Source: Macrostomum lignano
Taxonomy: Eukaryota
NCBI GenBank assembly: GCA_002269645.1
Contig: NIVC01003102.1
Coordinates: forward strand, 1-64,000
DNA length: 64,000 bases
Direction of reading: 5' to 3'
The position numbers and the translations under genes were made by a program. Within the stretch, counting starts at the first letter, position 1. Every line of letters begins with the position of its first letter. Below the pieces are notes generated by a model, which saw nothing but the letters and a program-made list of their open reading frames with translations, was not told the DNA's origin and ran no database searches. Below, piece by piece: positions 1 to 16,700 of this stretch.

Positions 1-130
1 TAGCTCCCTTTTCTGGGGGGGGGCTGCGACACACACACTGTGCTGAAAGACGCAGTTCGGGACCAAAAAACACTAGATTCAGCAAAACTTGCGCATGGAC
101 CCGATGTGCATTTTCTGCAATCAATTGTAG

Positions 131-3280
<3,150 letters not shown>

Positions 3281-4004
3281 CGGACAGACTGACGCCGACA
3301 CGTCCCGAGGAACTGCAAGACCGCACCCTGCCAGCACTGCCGGAACCGTTGCTCCGTTAAAACAGAGTTATTAAATTATTACATTATAATTACATGTCTA
3401 AACACTGCATACACGGGTAGAGAGCGTCACTCGGTGTTAAATGTGATTCATTCTTTGCTGCTGTTTGCTATTTGTGTGGAAATTTCATTTGATAAAACAA
3501 TAGGGTTCATTTTCAGAGAGCTTATATACATACATGCGTATATAATTCTGTCAAAGCACCTGTCGAATGTTTTCCTTAACTTACTATTTTAGATAGATAC
3601 CCTAGTTTAAATACACACACAGACACACCGGCCCCCGAGTCCCACATGTTGGTCGCCTGCCGCCACAGCTAGCAACTGAATAACTGCCATTGCCCTGTAC
3701 AGATTTATTATAACAAATTTGATTGAATTTTGCTCGCGTTAAATTTGTTTGTTTGTTCAACGTGCGTGTTTTTTGTTTTTTAGTCACGTAAAACTCTGCC
3801 TCTCGTCTGTGGTCGGCTCTGAATATTGCTGTTATTATTATTATTACTATTACAATTACTAATATTACTATACATACTATAAACTACAGCATATATAAAC
3901 ACGTGACTGCAGTACGAAAGTCAAATTGAAATTGCTCTAGAAATGTGTTGCCCAGCAGCCGATTCTCAGTTGATGTCGGTCGGCTATTGCTTATCAACTT
4001 GTTG

Positions 4005-4010
4005 AATAAA
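4005..4010 (+). promoter_or_regulatory. Candidate polyadenylation signal for MEIS
   Basis: AATAAA ~730 nt after the stop at 3280; a second AATAAA lies near 4122. Confidence 0.4.
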
Positions 4011-4249
4011 AGATAATTAGTACAGCTCATAAATATACTAAATAATCCTAAACCCTCTTAGTTGAACTGATGTCTGATTTTGCCCACGCAGATTGTAAAC
4101 CTTTCTGCCCCACTCCAAAAAATAAAATTTGTTCAACTGCTTTGAGAGCAAGGATATTCATTCTTGCTGCTCGTGAGCACTGAAGAAGCTTCACCGAAAG
4201 GGTTTCTGGTGTTCCAAACTAATTCAGTTAATACTTTTTTAGAAGTTTG

Positions 4250-5002
4250 GCTTTGGGATTGTGAAGCTTGGGGATTGTGAAGCTTGGGGATTGTGAAGCT
4301 TGGGGATTGTGAAGCTTGAGGATTGTGAAGCTTGAGGATTGTGAAGCTTGAGGATTGTGAAGCTTGGGGATTGTGAAGCTTGGGGATTGTGAAGCTTAGG
4401 GATTGTGAAGCTTAGGGATTGTGAAGCTTAGGGATTGTGAAGTTTGAGGATTGTGAAGCTGGGGATTGTGAAGCTTGAGGATTTTGAAGCTTGAGAATTG
4501 TGAAGCTTGAGGATTTTGAAGCTTGGGATTGTGAAGCTTGGGGATGTAAAGCTTGGGATTGTGAAGCTTGAGGATTGTGAAGCTTGGGATTGTGAAGCTT
4601 GGGGATTGTGAAGCTTGAGGATTGTGAAGCTTGAGGATTGTGAAGCTTGAGGATTGTGAAGCTTGGGGATTGTGAAGCTTGGGGATTGTGAAGCTTGGGG
4701 ATGTGAAGCTTGGGGATTGTGCATCTTAGGGATTGTGAAGCTTGGGGATTGTGAAGCTTGAGGATTGTGAAGTTTGAGGATTGTGAAGCTTGAGAATTGT
4801 GAAGCTTGAGGATTTTGAAGCTTGGGATTGTGAAGCTTGGGGATGTAAAGCTTGGGGATTGTGAAGCTTGAGGATTGTGAAGCTTGGGATTGTGAAGCTT
4901 GGGGATTGTGAAGCTTGAGGATTGTGAAGCTTGAGGATTGTGAAGCTTGGGGATTGTGAAGCTGGGGGATTGTGAAGCTGGGGATTGTGAAGCTGGGGAT
5001 TC
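4250..5002. repeat. 16-bp minisatellite (attgtgaagcttgggg)
   Basis: Period 16 (gtgaagc at 4261 and 4277); HindIII site in most units. Confidence 0.95.
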
Positions 5003-5734
5003 GATACAACATAAAAGTTGTATAAACGTGAATGTTTAATTAATTAACTCAAATTCCGCGTATTGCACAGCCATATGCTTTTAAACTTTGACGGAAAGTC
5101 TCACTCACACAGCCAGGTCTGTGACTGAGTTGAGAACTAAATAGCGGACTTTATTTGAGGTTTTATGCGATATCAGGAGCCCCCCCCACCCGATCGATAA
5201 TATCTATCACGCTCCCAGCGGGGAGTCGCGGCCGCATACGAAATAATTATCTGAGAGACAGATTTTTTCAACAGCTGAAACACCCTGCCAATGCAGCCAG
5301 CCTGCCGCAATCCCCCGATTGTAGGCCAATAAAACTGTCGCGGTATTAAAAAGGGTTGAATATGGCGGTTTAAGATACAGCAGCGGTATATACAACTTTT
5401 TGATATATTGCTCACTTGGCCCAGCCAGCGGACCAGCGCAGGAAAATTACACGCACGTTTAGCATTTCGATTGAAGAGGCCGGCGGCCCAATATGGTCGA
5501 CTAATTTTTTGGGGATTCGCCGTTTTTTTATCTTGAATTGGATCGGCTAAATGAGTGTTTGTTTGCTGTGGGGCGCGTGGGGTCGCGTTTTTTTGGGAGA
5601 TTCCGGCTGCACAGATGGAGGCAAATGCAGGCATTCTGGCTGGACAACAGGTGGGATATTAATGGGTTGAATGAATTGGGGATATTGTTAGTGCCAGACA
5701 CCGGAAGCACTCATTTGTGGCGAGATTTTCGAGA

Positions 5735-6420
5735 TATCTATGGGGATTTTCGGGAGATTCTTGGGGAGATTTTCGGGAGATTCTTGGGGAGATTTTCGGG
5801 AGATTCTTGGGAGATTTTCGGGAGATTCTTGGAGAGATTTTCGGGAGATTCTTGGGAGATTTTCGGGAGATTCTTGGGGAGATTTTCGGGAGATTCTTGG
5901 AGAGATTATCGGGAGGTTCTTGGGGAGATTTTTGGGAGATTCTTGGAGAGATTTTCGGGAGATTCTTGGGGAGATTTTCGGGAGATTCTTGGGAGATTTT
6001 CGGGAGATTCTTGGAGAGATTTTCGGGAGATTCTTGGGGAGATTTTCGGGAGATTCTTGGGGAGATTTTCGGGAGATTCTTGGAGAGATTATCGGAGGTT
6101 CTTGGGGAGATTTTCGGGTGATTTATGGGGAGATTTTCGAGAGATTCTTGGAGAGATTTTCGGGAGATTCATAGGGAGATTTTCTATAGATCCATGGGAT
6201 ACTTTCGGGAGATTCATGGAGAGATTTTCGGGAGATTTGTGGGAGATTTTTAAGAGATTCATAGTGAGATTTTCGATAGATCCATGGGAAGATTATTGAG
6301 AGAGAGATTCATGGGGAGATTTTCTATAGATCAATGAGGATATTTTCGGGAGATTCCTGGGGAGATTTTGAGGTGTTTGGGAGATTCATGGGGATATTTT
6401 ATAAGATTTAAGGGGAGATT
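5735..6420. repeat. 22-23 bp minisatellite (ggggagattttcgggagattctt), degenerating to the right
   Basis: Direct tandem units; source of ORFs 5538-6299, 5717-6121, 5740-6174. Confidence 0.95.
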
Positions 6421-7145
6421 TTCAGACTATATTTTCATAGGCCAATTCTGGTAAAGTTTACGGGATTATGTTCGGAATCTGTTGCTAGTTGTTCTAATTA
6501 GTTTTCTAATAAAGTACGTGGGTGTTTTTAAGAACAGTCAAGTCATTTAATTAAATACGAGCTAGTAACTACGATTTCCAAAGCTACACACAGGGATTTC
6601 AAACGGGTTCCGCTGACCGGAACGCCGCCGCAAAGCATTTATAAAAATCGGCGGTTGCTGCAGAAGCAAGTTTTAGACAACTAAATAATAATCAGTTTTA
6701 AACTGCCGCTGCTAGGATTGCGGTAAGCGGACGGGGCAGCAAGGCGCGTCTCTCTATTGAATTCTTTTGAACATCCCGCCAGGCCCAGGGGCAGCCACGC
6801 GTTCCGCATTCCGAGGACTGCCAATCGACTGTAATATACTTTGCTTTTGCTATTTTGCTGATGCAGACCTGGCGCGTACGACTCCGCCCTGCCTCCTCTC
6901 TCTCTCTGTGTCTGCATTTTATCGGAACAGCTGGTCCGGGGCTCTTGATTGCCCGATGCGCGGACCAGCCGCTTGCGGTATCCTCTATGGCCCGCGATGG
7001 TTTTGCAAAAAAAGCACAACACTTATTTTCCGTTTGGTCCAAGTCTTAGTCCAAGGAGGCCCCGGAATCACTGTCTGGGGTTAGAAATCCTTCCCAGATC
7101 TGCAGCTATTTATAGACAACTGCAGGCTCACAAAGGCGTCACTGG

Positions 7146-7600
7146 AGATTAGATTTTAGCGCCACAGAATAGATTTTAGCGCCACAAACTAGATTTTAGC
7201 GTCACAGACTAGATTTCAGCGCCACAAACTAGATTTTAGCGTCATAGACTAGATTTTAGCGTCATAGACTAGATTTTAGCGTCACAAACAAGATTTTAGC
7301 GCCACAAACTAGATTTTAGCGCCACAAACTAGATTTTAGCGTCATAGACTAGATTTTAGCGTCATAGACTAGATTTTAGCGTCACAGACTAGATGTTAGC
7401 GCCACAGACTAGATTTCAGCGCCACAGACTACACAGACTAGATATTAGCGCCACAGACTACACAGACTAGATATTAGCGCCACAGACTAGATTTTATAGC
7501 GTCGCTGACTAGATTTTAGCGCCACAGACTAGATGTTAGCGCCACAATAGATTTCAGCGCTAAAGACTAGATTAGCGCCGCTGACTAGATGTTAGCGCCA
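7146..7600. repeat. 20-bp minisatellite (actagattttagcgccacaa)
   Basis: Period 20 visible in 7161-7420. Confidence 0.93.
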
Positions 7601-8241
7601 AGGGTCTCCTCTAGCCATCTCCATCTCTGGTCCACGTTCCTTAGGGTGACTGCAAGTTTCCCGTCAAATTTTAATTTAATTGATAATAATTTCGCATTTC
7701 AGTTTATAAGTCGTAATCAGCAGAATTATTGAGGAGTTGGTCACTCCAGATTCAAGGCTCATAAACTCCTTGATCTACCTGTGGCTTTATATTATTAACT
7801 GAAAACAGTTTGCATTGTTGATTCAGAACTGGAAGCTGGAACAGCGCCAGGATGTCAGGGTGGTAGCGCTGTGGCTCCGCCTTCCATTGCAAACCCAGAA
7901 ATCCGCGGTCCACAAGCGACCCGCGCCTATTAAGAAAATGCCAGTTGTTAGGAGAATATAGGCTGGGAGCAACCTGTAGATAGGAGCAGATTTAAAACAA
8001 CCCGCAGTTCGAACTGCGGTGCCTGCATAGAAGTAAAAAATGACTGGGACCCACCCGTATTAGCTCTTGACCTTTTATTTTGTACGCTCTGACTGTCTCT
8101 CTGTCTCTCTAGTAGCAGTTAAGCGTTAATCCCACTTCAGCCAGTGCCCAAGTAATCCCCACTTTAATTCATTTGAATAAGGTTTGTGGCAGGACCTATT
8201 GCTTGGGAAAGGCGAGAGGTATGCCAGCAATCTGAGAGTTT

Positions 8242-8785
8242 AAGCACTGCAGAGGGTATCATAGCACTGCAGAGGGTATCATAGCACTGCAGAGGGTATC
8301 ATAGCACTGCAGAGGGTATCATAGCACTGCAGAGGGTATCATAGCACTGCAGAGGGTATCATAGCACTGCAGAGGGTATCATAGCACTGCAGAGGGCGCC
8401 ATAACACTGCAGAGGGTATCATAGCACTGCAGAGGGTATCATAGCACTGCAGAGGGTATCATAGCACTGCAGAGGGTATCATAGCACTGCAGAGGGCGCC
8501 ATAACACTGCAGAGGGTATCATAGCACTGCAGAGGGTATCATAGCACTGCAGAGGGCGCCATAACACTGCAGAGGGTATCATAGCACTGCAGAGGGTATC
8601 ATAGCACTGCAGAGGGCGCCATAACACTGCAGAGGGTATCATAGCACTGCAGAGGGTATCGGTATCATAGCACTGCAGAGGGCGCCATAACACTGCAGAG
8701 GGTATCATAGCACTGCAGAGGGTATCATAGCACTGCAGAGGGCGCCATAACACTGCAGAGGGTATCATAGCACTGCAGAGGGTGC
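8242..8785. repeat. 20-bp minisatellite (atagcactgcagagggtatc) with a gcgccataa variant
   Basis: Highly homogeneous period-20 units, PstI site in each. Confidence 0.96.
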
Positions 8786-9264
8786 CCCATCAATGAAGTG
8801 ATACAGCTAGGACACTCGCTTAATCCCGCAAGGAATCCCTCCCATGGCAGCCTCAGAAAAAACCTATTGACGCTGACCGAGCTCGCGTCTTCCTCATCGC
8901 GCTTGAAAAACATGCACGGCTAAACAAATAAGCCGCTTCCCTGTTTATTCTACAATGCTATCAAAACTTGTGCGTCGCGGAAGAGCGACTCAGTGGCTGA
9001 GGCTCGCTACCTTGGCCAGGATTTGCATGTAAATTAAAAGGCTGCCATGCGTAGCCAACTGCACGGCCGAGTGGACAGAGACTGACAGCGGAGAGAGGCA
9101 GGGGAGTGGCTGATCAGATAGTTGAGTAGATACATGCAGAAGCGAGTAAGGTCAGCAGATAGAGATGCATGTTTCTATCTTTACCATGGTTCGGTGTTGC
9201 ATTCATTTTTAATAGAAGTTCGAGACACCACTGAAATATTTATTTGAGACAAAATTATATTTGA

Positions 9265-9372
9265 GACAGTCTGTCAGTGTGTCTGTCTTAGTCTGTCTGT
9301 CAGTCAGTCAGTCTGTCTTAGTCTGTCTGACTGTCTGTGTGCCTGCCTGCCTTTCTGTTTGTCTGTCTGTCA

Positions 9373-9455
<83 letters not shown>

Positions 9456-10560
9456 AGTCAGTCAGTCAGTCTTTCTGTCTGTCTGTCAGTCAGTCTGTCT
9501 GTCTGTCTGTCTGTCTTAGTGTCTGTCAGTCTGTCTGTCTTTCTGTCTGTCTGTCAGTCAGTCAGTCTGTCTTAGTGTCTGTCTTAGTGTCTGTCAGTCT
9601 GTCTGTCTTTCTGTCTGTCAGTCAGTCAGTCTGTCTTAGTGTCTGTCAGTCTGTCTGTCTTTCTGTCTGTCTGTCAGTCAGTCAGTCTGTCTTAGTGTCT
9701 GTCAGTCTGTCTGTCTTTCTGTCTGTCTGTCTGTCAGTCAGTCAGTCTGTCTTAGTGTCTGTCTTAGTGTCTGTCAGTCTGTCTGTCTTTCTGTCTGTCT
9801 GTCAGTCAGTCAGTCTGTCTTAGTGTCTGTCTTAGTGTCTGTCAGTCTGTCTGTCTTTCTGTCTGTCTGTCAGTCAGTCAGTCTGTCTTAGTGTCTGTCT
9901 TAGTGTCTGTCAGTCTGTCTGTCTTTCTGTCTGTCTGTCAGTCAGTCAGTCTGTCTTAGTGTCTGTCAGTCTGTCTGTCTTTCTGTCTGTCTGTCAGTCA
10001 GTCAGTCTGTCTTAGTGTCTGTCTTAGTGTCTATCAGTCTGTCTGTCTTTCTGTCTGTCTGTCAGTCAGTCAGTCTGTCTTAGTGTCTGTCTTAGTGTCT
10101 GTCAGTCTGTCTGTCTTTCTGTCTGTCTGTCAGTCAGTCAGTCTGTCTTAGTGTCTGTCAGTCTGTCTGTCTTTCTGTCTGTCTGTCAGTCAGTCAGTCT
10201 GTCTTAGTGTCTGTCTTAGTGTCTGTCAGTCTTTCTGTCTGTCTGTCAGTCAGTCAGTCTGTCTTAGTGTCTGTCTTAGTGTCTGTCAGTCTGTCTGTCT
10301 TTCTGTCTGTCCGTCAGTCAGTCAGTCTGTCTTAGTGTCTGTCAGTCTGTCTGTCTTTCTGTCTGTCTGTCAGTCAGTCAGTCTGTCTTAGTGTCTGTCT
10401 TAGTGTCTGTCAGTCTGTCTGTCTTTCTGTCTGTCTGTCAGTCTGTCTGTCTGTCTTAGTGTCTGTCTTAGTGTCTGTCAGTCTGTCTGTCTTTCTGTCT
10501 GTCTGTCAGTCAGTCAGTCTGTCTGTCTGTCTTAGTGTCTGTCTGTCTGTCAGTCTGTCT
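9265..10560. repeat. Compound TCTG/TCAG microsatellite with a higher-order ~50-65 bp unit
   Basis: Recurring block cagtcagtcagtctgtcttagtgtctgtcttagtgtctgtcagtctgtctgtctttctgtctgt. Confidence 0.95.
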
Positions 10561-11199
10561 TTTTTTACTATCCGTCGGTCTGGTTATTTACTAGATGTAT
10601 TGGCAAGAAAAAAGAAAATAATAAACTTTGATTGGATCTGAAAGTTGAGACTAAAACTAAAAGATCTTACAAATCCTTCCGTGTACATGTACTTGGCCCT
10701 TGCACTAAGACTATGGGCGCAGGACTAACAGCCGATCAGCGATGATTCATGCAGAGTCAGCCAGTTCTCAGTGACTTGCTAAGCAAGCCGAGAGGGGCTC
10801 GATATGCGATGGCCCATCGGTCTGTTTGGGAAGGGCATCTGATAGATAACAGTCGGGCAGGGGATTTCCTGAGTTGTAAAGAGGAGGCAAGGATGGAGAA
10901 ACCAGCTGAGAAGACGACTCGGATGAAAAAAACAATTCTTCCTGATCTTAACTGACTTTCTCTCAATCTGACGTTGCTGTCGTAAACATGAAATCCCTTA
11001 GATAAGTAGCGGGAGTCAAATATCCAATTGATTTTATTGTCCAGGATGTCAGTCTTGAATTGTAAAACCGCCTTACCGTCCGCATATCTGCAATTATCTG
11101 TCTTGCAATCAGTTTGACTGTTAAGCTGGTAAATCTGAGTGGGCAGACGTTTGTCCAACCGGACTGTCTGGCTGTCTGTTAGTGTTTGTCTTTGCGTCT

Positions 11200-11265
11200 G
11201 CCTTGCCTTACCGCACGTCTGTAAAACTGTCTTTTTGTCTGTCCATCTATCTGTCTGTCTGTCTA

Positions 11266-11306
<41 letters not shown>

Positions 11307-11800
11307 GTCTGTCTGTCTGTCCGTCTGTCTCTCTGTCTGCCTGTCTATCTGTCTGTCTGGCTGTCTGTCTGCCTGTCTGTCTGTCTGTCTGTCTCTGTCT
11401 GTCTGCCTGTCTGTCTGTCTCTGTCTGTCTGCCTGTCTATCTATCTGTCTGTCTGTCTGTCTGTCTGTCTCTGTCTGTCTCTCTGTCTGACTGTCTGCCT
11501 GTCTATCTGTCTGGCTGTCTGCCTGTCTGTCTCTGTCTGTCTGTCTGTCTGTCTCTGTCTGCCTGTCTATCTATCTATCTGTCTGTCTGTCTGTTTGTCT
11601 GTCTCTGTCTGTCTGCCTGTCTATCTGTCTGTCTGTCTGTCTCTGTCTGTCTGCCCGTCTATCTGTCTGTCTGCCTGTCTATCTGTCTGCCTGCCTGTCT
11701 GTCTGTCTGTCTGTCTGCCTGTCTGTCTGTCTGTCTGTCTGTCTGCCTGTCTATCTGTCTCTGCCTGCCTGTCTGTCTGTCTGACTGTCTGTCTGTCCAA
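11200..11800. repeat. Degenerate (TCTG)n microsatellite
   Basis: tctg/tcta/cctg mixture; source of ORFs 11139-11852 and 11182-11490. Confidence 0.95.
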
Positions 11801-12335
11801 CTGCGGCGAATCGCTTTCATTCATCTGCTTCATATTCGCACCGACTAGCTAAAATAACAAAAACAATCAGACACGAGAAAGCAGCCGAGGGCAGAACCAC
11901 AAATATGATGGACGTGAATGCCCGTCCGAGTTCTCCGACTCAAACAGAGCAGGTGCGGATGGGATTACAGAGGCAGCGCATTCTTCTATCATCCCTAAGC
12001 CAGTTGAAATCCTCTGGGGGATCTTCTTAAAGCCTCTCTCCGTTGGTATCCAGAGTTTTCCCACAAGCTAATAATAAATGAAGAAAAATTGCATTCCGCC
12101 GGCCATTAATCAGATGTCGCTGGGGGATTTACCTGGGGCAGTTCTGTTTTGACAGACGAACAAACTCAATGACAACACGAGAGATATTAGACAGCAAAGC
12201 TTGGAGAAGGCTCTACTATGTAAATTAGGCGCAGAAGAAAATAATATTCTCTTATTATACTACTATATAGTTGGTCTAGTAGCAATGCCAGATTATGCCA
12301 GCTAAAATAAGCTGTTGCCCGTTATGGTCAGTAGA

Positions 12336-12605
12336 CAGTGAGTGAGTGAGTGAGTGAGTGAGTGAGTGAGTGAGTGAGTGAGCGAGTAAGTGAGTGAGTG
12401 AGTGAGAGAGTGAGCGAGTTAGTGAGTGAATGAGTGAGTGAGAGAGTGAGCGAGTTAGTGAGTGAGTGAGGGAGTGAGTGAGTGAGTGAGTTAGTGAGTG
12501 AGTGAGTCAATCAGTGAGTGAGTTAGTGAGTGAGTGAGTGAGTGAGTGAGTTAGTGAGTGAGTGAGTCAATCAGTGAGTGAGCCAGTGAATGAGTCAGTG
12601 AGTCA
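12336..12605. repeat. (GAGT)n microsatellite
   Basis: gtgagtgagtga run with an internal duplication. Confidence 0.93.
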
Positions 12606-13314
12606 CCCGTCCACCCAACCACTTACTCAAGTCAGTCAGTGAGTCAGCTAATGAGTTAGCTAATAATCGAGCCAATGAGTCAATGAATCAGTTAGTGACA
12701 AAAATCGTGCTTGAAAATAACATAAAAAAGAGATTACAAACGAAAGCTCGCATAAGCTACAGTACATCTGAGGAATTTTTTTTATCAAATAACGTTCTTG
12801 AGCTTGTGCTGAAGATTAAATATTATTTATATTTGTACTTGTAAACAGCAAGGCTTACATGCGGTGAAGAAAGTGCACTACGTAAACCGCATAGACAGGC
12901 ACAGTTACTCCGTGGCTAAGCTAGATCGTATTTGTTCCATGTCAATCAGTGACTAGAACTATAAATTTTTATAAAAAAGTCGAGTAGTTTCTGATTAAAA
13001 CAAATCATAGTAGCATTTGAGCTTCACTAACAATAACTATCCTTACCATAGTAACAGAAGGCGCCATTTAAATAAAAAAGACACGAGAAGTTAATAAGAA
13101 AACAAACAACTGAAGCTATAGAAAATCGAGTTGATGATAAATAAAACAAGCAAGCTAAAAAAGTTCTGTTTAAAAATAAAGCTTTTGCTTTGATGTTGTC
13201 ATAGCAACTAGAGTTGACAATTCATTGAAGGGAAGACGAGAAAATTAGGTAGGTAGAGAAATAGAGATTATAGTGTATCACCGCTCCTACTGATCTCTTA
13301 TTCAAAGTTAATTG

Positions 13315-13700
13315 CGCAACATATCGGTAGCTGTCCGCAGTAGTCTATGGTCTCCTATTACATATTCTGTAGCTTTGGACGTATTTGGAAGATACTTATC
13401 TCAATAGTCTGAGACACCGTTTTAATTCTTTATTTAATTTACAAAGCAGATTACACAACATATCGGTAGCTGACCGCAGCAGTTTACAATCTCCTATTAA
13501 ATCCACTGTAGCTCCGAATCTGTTCGGAAGATACTTATCTCTATAGTATTAAAACTATAAAACAAACTATAAACTAAAATGTACACAACATATCGGTAGC
13601 TAGCTGTTTGTAGGTCTTTGGGGTACCTGCTGAGAATTCAGAGATTCATTATCAAATTTGTTAGGAACAAAATTACTTTCACAACATATCGGCCATTGGT
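13315..13700. repeat. Degenerate ~139-bp tandem repeat (2 full and 2 partial copies) downstream of FBXL8
   Basis: caacatatcgg near 13317, 13456, 13586, 13682; the first two copies also share ggaagatacttatctc. Confidence 0.7.
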
Positions 13701-13761
13701 ACATGCAGTGTACACATCAGACAAATACTATTAGTAGTATTGCAGCAGCTTAATTAACTGC

Positions 13762-16700
13762 TCAACTACGCGACGACTCCACTTGATCCAAGATGTAGTC
13801 GTTGAGTTCGGCCACAGGACCGGCTGCGGCGGCGGCGGCAGCGGCGGCGGCCTGCAGCTCGCCGAGACTGTGATAGACAATCTCCTCCTGACTGTCCTGG
13901 TCGGCTGTTGGATAGCGGAGCACGGATCGACCGATTGGCAGCAGGCGGGGGCATCGGTCCAACAGATGGTGCACCACCTCACGCGGCAGTGGACAGTGCA
14001 CCTTCAGGTTTGGGGATGCGTCAGAGGTCTGTGAGGGACAGACAAGTCAATCTGCTACTATAATAGTTGGTCTTCAGTTTAAACAGAGCCTTTCAAAAAA
14101 CATTGGATTGGTATCGAATCTGAACGGGCTAACGAGAATAATCGGCCTTCAAAACTATTTATGATATTTAGTCATTTTGAATAATCGGCCTTCAAAACTA
14201 TTTATGATATTTCGTCATTTTGAATAATCGGCCTTCAAAACTACTCATAGTATTTCATCATTTTGAATAATCGGCCTTCAAAACTATTCATGGTATTTCG
14301 TCATTTTGAATAATCGGCCTTCAAAACTATTCATGGTATTTCGTCATTTTGAATAATCGGCCTTCAAAACTACTCATAGTATTTCTTCATTTAGAATAAT
14401 CGGCCTTCAAAACTACTTATTATTTTGGGCAATCGGCCTTCAAAAAACGGATTACGCACCTGCAGCACCTCCAGTTGCTGGCCGCACTTCTCAGCCAGCA
14501 GTCCAAACGCGGCGTACAAGTCGGCCGATTGCTCGGAAGCCAGAATGCACAGCCGGCGCAGTGTGCGCGAGAATGTTCGCGCCACATAGGAGATCTCATT
14601 GGCCAGATGAGTGTGAGTCTTCAAATAGAGCTCCTCCAGCGGCAGGCTGGGCTGCAGGAAGCGGCACACGTACCGGATTGGTATGCGAGTATCGAAGGTG
14701 ACACTAACTCGCAGCTGCGGCATCAGGGCGGACACACGCGACCAGGTGACCTCTGGTAGCCAGGGATGTTCAAGGCGCTGCTTTGTCTCCGCGCTGACGT
14801 GAAGAGCCAAATATCTGCATTAGCAATCAATTGCATAGATTAGCAATCCAATGCATAGATTAGCAATCCAATGCATAGATTAGCAATACACTGCATAGAT
14901 TAGCAATTCAATGCATAGATTAGCAATACACTGCATAGATTAGCAATTCAATGCATAGATTAGCAATACACTGCATAGATTAGCAATCCACTGCATAGGT
15001 TAGCAATCCAATTGCATAAATTAGCAATACACTGCATAGATTAGCAATACACTGCATAGATTAGCAATCCAATTGCATAAATTAGCAATACACTGCATAG
15101 ATTAGCAATTCAATGCATAGATTAGCAATACACTGCATAGATTAGCTATTCAATGCATAGATTAGCAATACACTGCATAGATTAGCAATTCAATGCATAG
15201 ATTAGCAATACACTGCATAGATTAGCAATTCAATGCATAGATTAGCAATACACTGCATAGATTAGCAATCAATTGCATAGATTAGCAATACACTGCATAG
15301 ATTAGCAATCCACTGCATAGGTTAGCAATACAATGCATAGATTAGCAATCAATTGCATAGATTAGCAATCCACTGCATAGGTTAGCAATACAATGCATAG
15401 ATTAGCAATCCAATACATAGATTAGCAATCCAATTGCATAAATTATCAATACACTGCATAGATAAGCAATCAATTGCATAGATTAGCAATCCAGTGCATA
15501 GGTTAGCAATCCAATGCATAAATTAGCAATCCACTGCATAGATTAGCAATCCAATGCATAGATTAGTAATACACTGCATAAATTAGCAGTCCAGTGCATA
15601 GATTAGCAATCCAATTGCATAGATTAGCAATCCAATGCATAGATTAGTAATACACTGCATAGATTAGCAATCCAATGCATAGATTAGCAATCCAATTGCA
15701 TAAATTAGCAATACACTGCATAGATTAGCAATCAATTGCATAGATTAGCAATCCAGTGCATAGGTTAGCAATCCAATGCATAAATTAGCAATCCAATGCA
15801 TAGATTAGCAATCCAATTGCATAAATTAGCAATACACTGCATAGATTAGCAATCAATTGCATAGATTAGCAATCCAGTGCATAGGTTAGCAATCCAATGC
15901 ATAAATTAGCAATCCAATGCATAGATTAGCAATCCAATTGCATAAATTAGCAATACACTGCATAGATTAGCAATTCACTGCATAGATTAGCAATCCAGTG
16001 CATTGGTTAGCAATCAATTGCATAGATTAGCAATCCAATGCATAGATTAGCAATCCAGCATAGATTAGCAGTCCAGTGCATAGATTAGCAATCCAATGCA
16101 TAGATTAGCAATACACTGCATAGATTAGCAGTCCAGTGCATAGATTAGCAATCCAGTGCATAGATTAGCAATCCAATGCATAGATTAGCAATCCAGCATA
16201 GATTAGCAGTCCAGTGCATAGATTAGCAGTCCAGTGCATAGATTAGCAATCCAGCATAGATTAGCAATACACTGCATAGATTAGCAGTCCAGTGCATAGA
16301 TTAGCAATCCAGTGCATAGATTAGCAATCCAGTGCATAGATTAGCAATCCAGCATAGATTAGCAGTCCAGTGCATAGATTAGCAGTCCAGTGCATAGATT
16401 AGCAATCCAGCATAGATTAGCAATACAATGCATAGATTAGAAATCCAGTGCATAGATTAGCAATCCATTATACATTAAGACAGTCCTTCCGAAATTGCAT
16501 ACGAAACGTAATGCTCAATAGAATTGAAAGCCAACCTGAAAGAGTGGCGCCTATGCTCAGCCAGATAGAGCATAGCCCGCTCCGAGAAGCTGGCATTCAT
16601 CAGCTCCAACCATTCCAGCCGTGGACAAGAGTCTAACAACTGCATAACGGTCTCCTTGCTAACCTGAGCCACCAGTGCGCCATTCATAATACTCAGACAC

